A stretch of 64,000 bases of DNA from Candidatus Micrarchaeota archaeon (GTDB lineage Archaea; Micrarchaeota; Micrarchaeia; Anstonellales; Anstonellaceae). Shown in pieces: positions 56,455 through 64,000 of the stretch (positions are counted from its first letter, which is position 1; each line of letters begins with the position of its first letter). The notes beneath the pieces are model-generated. The model was not told the DNA's origin and made no database searches. It saw only the letters and a list, made by a program, of their open reading frames with translations. The DNA lies in assembly GCA_026413765.1 (NCBI GenBank), contig JAOAKI010000004.1, positions 33,513 through 97,512 of the forward strand. The letters run 5' to 3'. The translations under genes and the position numbers were made by a program.

Positions 56455-59400
56455 ATTCATTTGCCCTTTCGACACTTATTTTCTTTTCCCTTGCTTCTTT
56501 CATAGCTTCTACCAGCGCTTCGCATGCTTCAAATGAAGTTATGCATGGTATGTTTCTTTCCAAGCACGTCCTGCGTATCTTGAAGCCGTCAGTGTTGGCG
56601 ATCCTCCCTCTTTTTGGGGTGTTAAACACCAAATGTATCTTACCTTTTTTGATCTCAGAGATTATATTTGGCTCACCATCTGCTATTTTTTTGAGCAGAT
56701 TTGTGTTCGGTGGCAGAAAACGGGCAGTTGTAGGGGTGGCATATATTACAAAACCAAGCTTCTCCAGCTCTTCTGCAAGTGGCGCTGCTCTCTCCTTATC
56801 TCCATCTTTCAGGCTTATGGCAACCCCTCCACTTTCAGGGATTTTCAATCCAGCTCCCAAAAGCGCCTTCCACAAAGCAGCCGGGTAGGTGTCATCAATC
56901 CCCATGCTTTCTCCAGTTGACCTCATCTCAGGCCCAGTCACTGTGTCAGTTCCGGGCAGTTTCAAAAATGGGAAAACCACTCCTTTTACTGCATAGTGCT
57001 TGAGTTTGGGCATCTCTCTCATGCCAAGCTCACTAAGCTTTTTGCCAACTATTACTTTTGTTGCTAATTTTATGAGCGGTATCCCTATAGCTTTTGAAAG
57101 AAACGGCATCGTCCGGCTTGCCCGTGGGTTGGCTTCCAGCACATAGATAACATCGTTTTGCACAACATACTGGATGTTTATCGCCCCTATTGTGCCAAGC
57201 GCAAGCGCAATTTTTTCTGAATATTCTATTATTTTTTCTTGCACAGCCTTTTTGAGCCTCACGCACGGCACAACATTGAGCGCATCTCCTGAATGCACGC
57301 CTGCCCGCTCTATGTGCTCCATTATGCCGCCAACGAAAAGCCTCTCCCCATCCGCAACTCCATCTATTTCGCACTCAATGGCTTTTTCAATATATTTGTC
57401 GATGAGGACTGGCCTTCGCTCGCTTACTTCCACTGCCTCTTTTATGTAATTGCGCAAGCTTTCTTCATCATAGACTATCTGCATTCCACGCCCTGCAATT
57501 ACATAGCTTGGCCTGACAATAATCGGATACCCTATCTTTGCTGCAGCTGCAACAGCTTCTTCTTCTGTTGTGGCGGTCGCATTTTCAGGCTGGCGTATTT
57601 CGAGCTTGTGCAAGAGTTGCTTGAATTTCTCCCTGTCTTCCGCGATGTCGATTCCTTCGGCAGGCGTGCCGACTATTTTTACCCCACTCATTTCAAGCTT
57701 TTGAGCAAGATTAATTGCAGTCTGGCCGCCAAATTGCACAATCACCCCTTCTGGCTTCTCATGCTCAATAATGTTCATCACATCCTCATATGTCAGTGGC
57801 TCAAAGTAAAGCTTGTCTGACGTGTCAAAATCAGTGCTTACTGTCTCTGGGTTATTGTTTATCATTATTGCCTCAATCCCCATTTCTCTCAATGCAAATG
57901 CAGCATGACAGCAACAATAATCAAACTCTATGCCTTGCCCTATCCTTATCGGCCCACTCCCAATTATTATCATCTTTCTTTTGCAGCTTGGGATGCTCTC
58001 ATTCTCTTCTTCATATGTTGAGTAATAGTAAGGGGTGGTTGCAGCAAATTCCGCTGCGCACGTGTCCACCATTTTATAGGCCGGCAATATTCCGGCTTTC
58101 TTTCTCATCTGGCGTACCATTTCAGCCTCATGGCCGATTATGCTTGCAATCTGCTCGTCCGAATAGCCGTGCTTTTTTGCCTCATGAAGCAACTTTCTTC
58201 CAAAAGGCTCTCTTTTAAGCCTAAGCTCAACCATTACATAATTTTCGATTCTGTCGATGAACCATGGATGAATATTTGTCAGATGGCAAATCCTTTCTTT
58301 GCTCCAACCTTTTTTCAAGGCTTCCATTATAGCAAAAATTCTCAAATCAGTTGGCGCAGTGAGATGGTATTCAATGTCCTCTGGCCTTATTTTTGGCTTT
58401 TTTACCTCTATCGAACGCAGAGCCTTGCCGAACGCCTCCTCGAAAGTCCTTCCGATCGCCATCGTTTCTCCCGTCGATTTCATCTGTGTGCCGATTGTTC
58501 TGTCGCCTTCCGGAATTTTGTCAAATGGCCACCTTGGTATCTTTATGACGCAATAATCCAATGCAGGCTCAAATGCTGCAGGCGTCGTTTTTGTCACAGC
58601 ATTTCTTATCTCGTGCAGCCCTAATCCGAGAGCAATTTTTGCAGCCACTCTTGCGATTGGGTAGCCTGTTGCCTTTGACGCAAGCGCAGATGACCGCGAA
58701 AGGCGAGGATTCACTTCGATTACGTAATATTTTCCTGTTTTCTGGTCCAAAGCAAACTGGATGTTGCAGCCGCCCTCTATTTTCAGCGCCCTGATTATCT
58801 TTATCGCTGCAGAGCGGAGCATCTGATGCTCATCGTCTGTCAATGTTTGAGATGGTGCAACAACAATCGATTCACCTGTGTGTATTCCCATTGGGTCGAT
58901 GTTTTCCATGTTGCAAATCGTGATGCAGTTGTCATAGCTGTCCCTTATCATTTCATACTCAAACTCGCCCAATCCCAGCACCGACTCTTCCACTAAGACT
59001 TGGTGCGCAGGGGAAAGGTTGAAGCCCAATTCAAGCAATCGCTCAAATTCTTCTATGTTTCGTGCAATTCCGCCGCCAGTCCCCCCAAGGGTGTAGGCGG
59101 GCCTCAAAATCAATGGGAAAGCGTGTTCGCGCGCAAATTCAAAAGCCTCATCCATGCTGTTTGCCGCAATGCTTTCAGGCACCGGCTCTCCAATTTTTTG
59201 CATAAGTTCCTTGAATTTCCCTCTGTCTTCAGCTAGCCTGATCGACTCGATCCCCGTCCCCAAAATCTCAACACCATATTTTTCAAGAACGCCCTTTTCA
59301 TGGAGCTCCACTGCAAGATTCAGCGCAGTTTGCCCGCCCATTGTAGCAATCAATCCGTCAGGCCTTTCTTTTTCTATTATTTTCTCTATAACATCCCACC

Positions 59401-59611
59401 TTAGCGGCTCTATGTAAACAATGTCTGCCACATCATTGTCGGTTTGTATCGTTGCGGGATTTGAATTGACGACCACCACCTCTACGCCTTCCGCCCTCAA
59501 CGAGGCGCACGCCTGCGAGCCAGAATAGTCAAATTCCGCAGCCTGTCCTATAACGATAGGACCTGACCCAATCACTAATACTTTTTTTATGTTGTTTTTT
59601 CTCACGCTCAT
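56426..59611 (-). CDS. carB: carbamoyl-phosphate synthase large subunit
   Basis: two ATP-grasp halves, MGS-like C-terminus; 1061 aa with canonical CPSase motifs. Confidence 0.95.
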   Translation of the reverse strand: MSVRKNNIKKVLVIGSGPIVIGQAAEFDYSGSQACASLRAEGVEVVVVNSNPATIQTDNDVADIVYIEPLRWDVIEKIIEKERPDGLIATMGGQTALNLAVELHEKGVLEKYGVEILGTGIESIRLAEDRGKFKELMQKIGEPVPESIAANSMDEAFEFAREHAFPLILRPAYTLGGTGGGIARNIEEFERLLELGFNLSPAHQVLVEESVLGLGEFEYEMIRDSYDNCITICNMENIDPMGIHTGESIVVAPSQTLTDDEHQMLRSAAIKIIRALKIEGGCNIQFALDQKTGKYYVIEVNPRLSRSSALASKATGYPIARVAAKIALGLGLHEIRNAVTKTTPAAFEPALDYCVIKIPRWPFDKIPEGDRTIGTQMKSTGETMAIGRTFEEAFGKALRSIEVKKPKIRPEDIEYHLTAPTDLRIFAIMEALKKGWSKERICHLTNIHPWFIDRIENYVMVELRLKREPFGRKLLHEAKKHGYSDEQIASIIGHEAEMVRQMRKKAGILPAYKMVDTCAAEFAATTPYYYSTYEEENESIPSCKRKMIIIGSGPIRIGQGIEFDYCCCHAAFALREMGIEAIMINNNPETVSTDFDTSDKLYFEPLTYEDVMNIIEHEKPEGVIVQFGGQTAINLAQKLEMSGVKIVGTPAEGIDIAEDREKFKQLLHKLEIRQPENATATTEEEAVAAAAKIGYPIIVRPSYVIAGRGMQIVYDEESLRNYIKEAVEVSERRPVLIDKYIEKAIECEIDGVADGERLFVGGIMEHIERAGVHSGDALNVVPCVRLKKAVQEKIIEYSEKIALALGTIGAINIQYVVQNDVIYVLEANPRASRTMPFLSKAIGIPLIKLATKVIVGKKLSELGMREMPKLKHYAVKGVVFPFLKLPGTDTVTGPEMRSTGESMGIDDTYPAALWKALLGAGLKIPESGGVAISLKDGDKERAAPLAEELEKLGFVIYATPTTARFLPPNTNLLKKIADGEPNIISEIKKGKIHLVFNTPKRGRIANTDGFKIRRTCLERNIPCITSFEACEALVEAMKEAREKKISVERANEYGKDKKRQS

Positions 59612-59623
59612 CTCCAGCCTTTG

Positions 59624-60529
59624 TTATGCCTTCCCCAAAAGAGAAAGAACAATAGCCTTTTGCATATGCAGCCTGTTTTCGGCCTGGTCAAAGACAACCG
59701 AATGCGGGCCGTCGATTACTTCATTTGTTATTTCCATTCCTCTGTGTGCAGGCAAGCAATGCATCACTATTGCGTCGTTTTTAGCATGCTCAAGAAGCCT
59801 TTCATTCAGCTGGTAAGGTGCAAATCGCTTTATCCTTTCGCTTTTTTCGTCCTCAAGCCCCATCGATATCCATGTGTCAGTGTAAATCACATCCGCATCT
59901 TTAATGCCGGCCTGAGGATCATCAACCACTTCAACTTTTGAGTATCTCTTTGCTTCATTGACATAATCTGCGTTTGGAGGATGGGATTTTGGGCAAATCA
60001 GCGTAACATTCATTTTCTGCTTTGCACATGCCAACAGCAAGGAATTTGCCATATTGAAACTGCAATCCCCAATGAAGACAAATTTCGCGCCAGCTTTCAA
60101 TTTTCCTTTTTCTTTCATTGTGAGGAGGTCGGACAGCGCTTGACAAGGGTGCTCCAAATCGGTAAGGCCATTAATCACAGGGACGCCTGCATGCTTTGCT
60201 ATCTCTAATATGTCGCTGTGCTTGTAGAGCCGGGCCATTATAATATCCACATATCTTCCCAGCGTCTTTGCGGTGTCGTGAAGAGTCTCTCCTCTTGAAA
60301 GTTGCGTGGAAGTGAAGTCCAAGTATATAGCATGGCCCCCCAATTGGGTCATTCCAACCTCAAACGAAACTCTCGTCCTTGTCGAAGGTTTCTCAAATAT
60401 CATAGCCATTGTCTTGCCTTTCAGGCTGTCTGCATAGTTTGCAGGAGTCTGCTTTATTTTTGAGGCAAGTGCAAGATATTTTTCTATCTCGTTGCTTTTC
60501 AGCTCCATTATTGAAAGCAAATTCATCAA
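59624..60529 (-). CDS. argF: ornithine carbamoyltransferase
   Basis: STRTRVSFE carbamoyl-P site, DTWISMG and HCLPAHRG motifs (HCLP distinguishes OTC from ATCase HPLP). Confidence 0.8.
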   Translation of the reverse strand: MMNLLSIMELKSNEIEKYLALASKIKQTPANYADSLKGKTMAMIFEKPSTRTRVSFEVGMTQLGGHAIYLDFTSTQLSRGETLHDTAKTLGRYVDIIMARLYKHSDILEIAKHAGVPVINGLTDLEHPCQALSDLLTMKEKGKLKAGAKFVFIGDCSFNMANSLLLACAKQKMNVTLICPKSHPPNADYVNEAKRYSKVEVVDDPQAGIKDADVIYTDTWISMGLEDEKSERIKRFAPYQLNERLLEHAKNDAIVMHCLPAHRGMEITNEVIDGPHSVVFDQAENRLHMQKAIVLSLLGKA

Positions 60530-60537
60530 ACCACCCC

Positions 60538-61641
60538 CTACAGTTGTTTGACAAATTCGTCAAACAAATATTTTGAGTCATAAGGCCCAGGATTTGCTTC
60601 TGGGTGATATTGGACTGCAAAGATTGGCAATTCCTTGTGTGAGATTCCCTCAATGGTGTTGTCAATCAAATTTCTGTGCGTCACCTCAAACTCCACTGGC
60701 AGTGATTTTTCATCAACAGCGTAGCCGTGATTTTGCGTGGTTATTACCACTTTGTTTTTCTTTATGTCAAGAACTGGATGGTTGCCTCCGCGATGGCCAA
60801 ATTTCAGTTTGTATGTCTTTGCCCCCACTGCCTGCGCAAGCAGCTGGTTTCCAAGGCAAATGCCAAACATAGGATAGTCAAAAAGTTTCTTCAGCTCTGC
60901 GCTTTCTTTTCCCAAAAGTGCAGGATCGCCTGGTCCGTTCGATATCAAGATACCGTCCGGCCCATATGTCTCAATCTCCTCTGCGGTTGTCGAATATGGC
61001 ACGACTATGACTGTGCAGCCCCTACTTGTCAACTCCTTGATTATGCCAAATTTGGCCCCATAATCGATCAATACCACTTTTTTATTGCCGTTTCCGTACC
61101 TTAGCACTTCTTTTTGCGAGACTCTCTCCACAAAATTTATTTTTGAATAATCTAGGTTTTTTGCCATCCAAATAAGCTCTTGGATGTCTTCTTCCTTTTC
61201 ATATACCGAAATGCAAGCAGGCATCACTCCACTTTCTCTTATTATTTTAACTATTTTTCTTGTGTCTATGCCATAAATTCCAGGTATGCCTTCTGTTTCC
61301 ATTGCCTTTGCAAGCGAAGAGTTGCTCTTGGCGTGATGTGGAGCGGAGCATAATTGCCGAATTACATACCCTTCAATTTGTATTTTTTTGCTTTCTCTGT
61401 GGTCAGCATGCATGCCATAATTTCCAATTAAGGGATAGGTTGAGACTAATATTTGGCCTGCATACGAAGGATCTGTAAGCGATTCTTCGTAGCCAGTCAT
61501 GTTAGTTGTAAAGACTATTTCTCCTACACGCCTGGCTAGCGCACCAAAACCATGCCCAAAAAAGATGGAGCCTTCAGCCAAAACAAGCACAGCTTTTTTT
61601 TCAGGCTCCACAGCAACCCAAGGCTTTATGATAAAGCACAA
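60538..61641 (-). CDS. carA: carbamoyl-phosphate synthase small subunit (glutamine amidotransferase)
   Basis: CPSase_sm N-domain and class I GATase with GICLGNQLL catalytic Cys. Confidence 0.9.
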   Translation of the reverse strand: MCFIIKPWVAVEPEKKAVLVLAEGSIFFGHGFGALARRVGEIVFTTNMTGYEESLTDPSYAGQILVSTYPLIGNYGMHADHRESKKIQIEGYVIRQLCSAPHHAKSNSSLAKAMETEGIPGIYGIDTRKIVKIIRESGVMPACISVYEKEEDIQELIWMAKNLDYSKINFVERVSQKEVLRYGNGNKKVVLIDYGAKFGIIKELTSRGCTVIVVPYSTTAEEIETYGPDGILISNGPGDPALLGKESAELKKLFDYPMFGICLGNQLLAQAVGAKTYKLKFGHRGGNHPVLDIKKNKVVITTQNHGYAVDEKSLPVEFEVTHRNLIDNTIEGISHKELPIFAVQYHPEANPGPYDSKYLFDEFVKQL

Positions 61642-61661
61642 AAAAATTTAAACTAATTGGT

Positions 61662-61976
61662 TTAGGGCCACTTTTTCTTCGCCTTTGTCCTCTCTTCTAG
61701 CCTTATGACTCCGTACTGCTGGATAGTGTAGATAAAATAGAACCCAACTGCAATCCCTATCCACATAAGCGGAATGGCCATCATTTTTCCTATTGTTGTG
61801 TGTGGTACGATGTCGCCATACCCCACAGTGGTAATTGTTGCAGTTGTGAAATATATCGATTCCTCCCAACTCCATCCTTCAATCGTATGGTATATGACTA
61901 TTGCCAGAGCATAAATAATGACCAAAATGACGAATGCTTTCTTTATTTTTTGTTCAACAATTTGCCGGTTTTTCAT
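61662..61976 (-). CDS. minimal 2-TM potassium channel (KcsA-like pore-only)
   Basis: selectivity filter TTVGYGD between two TM helices; 104 aa. Confidence 0.75.
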   Translation of the reverse strand: MKNRQIVEQKIKKAFVILVIIYALAIVIYHTIEGWSWEESIYFTTATITTVGYGDIVPHTTIGKMMAIPLMWIGIAVGFYFIYTIQQYGVIRLEERTKAKKKWP

Positions 61977-61982
61977 GCCAGC

Positions 61983-63848
61983 TCACTTTTTTGACAGCGC
62001 AAGCGAATATGCGTCATAATAATTTTTGATCAGTTTATTCCAATCCAAATGTTTCATCATATAGTATGCCTCTTTTTTGAGCTTTTCAAGCTTAGGCAAA
62101 GGAAGCATGTAGAATCTCTCAAGCATTTGTGCAAGCTCTTGGGCTGCCTCTTCCTTTCTTTTGCCCGCCATCTTCAAAACAAAAACTCCACTCCCTTTTT
62201 TGTTTTCAATATATTTTCCAAATCCTGTCATATCTGATGTTATTGCGATCCCTTTCTTGATAGCAGCCTCAACAGGAGTGTAGCCGAACGGCTCATAGCG
62301 CGAAGGAAAGACGCCGATGTCCATCGCAGAAATCACATCATAATAATTCAGATTCATCAGTCCGTCATTTGGTTTCATATAAGTCGGATAAAATAGGACT
62401 TTTACAACATTTTCTTCCCTGTTGTCTAGACCAGCATTAACACATGCATTTATGATCGAGTCATTTTGATAAGTCAGGTCATAGCAATTTATGTGCGGAA
62501 AGTTGCCGTCTTTGACAAATCCTTTCGCCATGTTCTCAATGTCGTACCTTATCTCTCCATCAAGTTTTGAGATAGCGTTTTGCAAATTTATGTAGTCCTT
62601 TTTGTAGTCCTTAGGCAAATGTTGCATTACCTCAGTTATCTTGTCGATCAAAAGATAGTTTTTTATGATAGAAATCTTTGGGCCTTTTACTGAGCTTGGC
62701 GCAAAAATAAACGCAAAAATTCTCCTTTTGTTTTTCTTGTTCTTCTTCAGCCTCTCGTTCAAAATCCCTAATGCGCTGATATAAATGTCGAAGCCCTTGT
62801 TCAAAAATTCATATCTTCCAGATATGTAAACCAGAAGCGGATCCTTGTAACTTTGCTGATAATAGCTCACAAAGCAAGCTTCAACAAACTGCAAAAGCTC
62901 ATCCCTGACATACTTTACAAAATGTTCTTCTTCTTTCACATTTTTTTCAGTTGGCAACTCAATGCCGTTTATTGTGATGAGGTCTGCTTCTTTCCCAAGA
63001 ATATATTTTACTTCTTGAGCTACTGTTTCGCTGACAGTGGTGAAGACCGTGCACTCTTTTGCAGCTGCCGCTTCTAGCTGGTGTTTTCCTTCGACTCTGT
63101 TGTTATATGCCACATTAAGCGAGATTGGCTCTTTTGCCTTCATCGACTCGCTGTATACATCGACACCTGCAGACGCCAGCGTTCTTCCAAGCACTGTCGC
63201 ATGCGTTGTGAAAACAGTCGGCAATCCAAGATTTCTCATCTTGCAGTAAAGAAGCGCCGCGCCGCTTATCCACTCATGGAATTGCAGGACGACTTTTTTG
63301 TTTTTGAGCATTTCGCTTTTTGAGAGTCTCTCAATTAGCATTCCTGCTCCAAATCCCCAAATCACATTTTCAGTAAAGTCCCAGCTCTTTTCCATGAGAG
63401 AATCTATGCCATAATGCTTCCACAGCATGTACTTGAAGTAGTTTACCTGCTTGTCTTTTTGTATTCCACTGTCGCTTACATATTCAATTATTCTTTCGCT
63501 TGCAGGCTTGGCATTGACGCATATTACCTGTGCATTCTGGCCGTACGTCCATCTTCCATATTTGCAGACTACTCCTTGCTCTTCGAGCTGGCGAAATATC
63601 TGGGCAAGCTCGTGGGTTGGTGTCTCCCATTCTATTTCTTCATGGCATTTTTCATCAAGCAATCCCACCAGCAAATAATTGTCGTGAAACTTCTTGCGGA
63701 TATATGGGGCTTTGCTTCTGAGAACGGTGTAGATGCCGCCGATCTTTCTTGCTGCTTCAGATGATACCTCAACAATGAAATCCGGCTCAACCTTTCTCAT
63801 AATCTTACTTTTCTCTTGTGGTTTATAAACTATTTGGCGACTTCTCAA
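61983..63848 (-). CDS. GT3-family glycogen(starch) synthase-like glycosyltransferase
   Basis: motif VFTTHATVLGRTLASAG matching eukaryote/archaeal GT3 glycogen synthase signature FTTHATLLGR; 621 aa GT-B fold. Confidence 0.65.
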   Translation of the reverse strand: MRSRQIVYKPQEKSKIMRKVEPDFIVEVSSEAARKIGGIYTVLRSKAPYIRKKFHDNYLLVGLLDEKCHEEIEWETPTHELAQIFRQLEEQGVVCKYGRWTYGQNAQVICVNAKPASERIIEYVSDSGIQKDKQVNYFKYMLWKHYGIDSLMEKSWDFTENVIWGFGAGMLIERLSKSEMLKNKKVVLQFHEWISGAALLYCKMRNLGLPTVFTTHATVLGRTLASAGVDVYSESMKAKEPISLNVAYNNRVEGKHQLEAAAAKECTVFTTVSETVAQEVKYILGKEADLITINGIELPTEKNVKEEEHFVKYVRDELLQFVEACFVSYYQQSYKDPLLVYISGRYEFLNKGFDIYISALGILNERLKKNKKNKRRIFAFIFAPSSVKGPKISIIKNYLLIDKITEVMQHLPKDYKKDYINLQNAISKLDGEIRYDIENMAKGFVKDGNFPHINCYDLTYQNDSIINACVNAGLDNREENVVKVLFYPTYMKPNDGLMNLNYYDVISAMDIGVFPSRYEPFGYTPVEAAIKKGIAITSDMTGFGKYIENKKGSGVFVLKMAGKRKEEAAQELAQMLERFYMLPLPKLEKLKKEAYYMMKHLDWNKLIKNYYDAYSLALSKK

Positions 63849-64000
63849 CAGAATGCCACATCCAAGACTATCTGGACGATGTCTTTGGAGTATGGGCGGA
63901 CAATCCTTCGGAATATTATGCTGGCTTGTTTGCCGTGCTCTCTTGCGCTTTTTTGGATGGTGTCTTCCGCAGCTTCGTATGGATTTTTTGAATTTTCAAA

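Overview
The window is a 64-kb chromosomal segment from an archaeon, probably an uncultivated mesophile and possibly DPANN-like. The archaeal hallmarks are LonB with a membrane insertion, proteasome beta, aCPSF1/FttA, MBF1, FEN-1, deoxyhypusine synthase, CTP-dependent riboflavin kinase, archaeal-type NMNAT, two intron-containing tRNAs and at least one C/D-box sRNA. Gene density is high on both strands, and I found no rRNA, CRISPR array, integrase or transposase. Housekeeping blocks are grpE-dnaK behind a wHTH regulator, argS, a pyrD-pyrK-pyrC operon, purH, an argF-carA-carB block, tsaC/sua5 and a PadR-ABC-FtsX export cluster. Accessory-looking content is as follows. (1) A four-gene membrane cluster on the minus strand: secreted protein, TPR-AAA+ ATPase, PrsW-like intramembrane protease and an archaeal class-III-signal pilin-like protein. 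(2) A divergent pair of KaiC-like ATPases, one with a degenerate Walker A, next to an M48 peptidase. (3) A four-CBS protein fused to a bacterial-type HPF/RaiA ribosome-hibernation domain. (4) A bacterial-type MltB/SLT_2 lytic transglycosylase. (5) A tRNA-Leu with two introns followed by two perfect 72-bp direct repeats and a low-GC orphan HExxH protein. (6) An 850-aa solenoid repeat protein with near-identical internal DNA repeats. All calls are from reading the sequence and the ORF translations, so family assignments rest on recognised motifs, not on searches.
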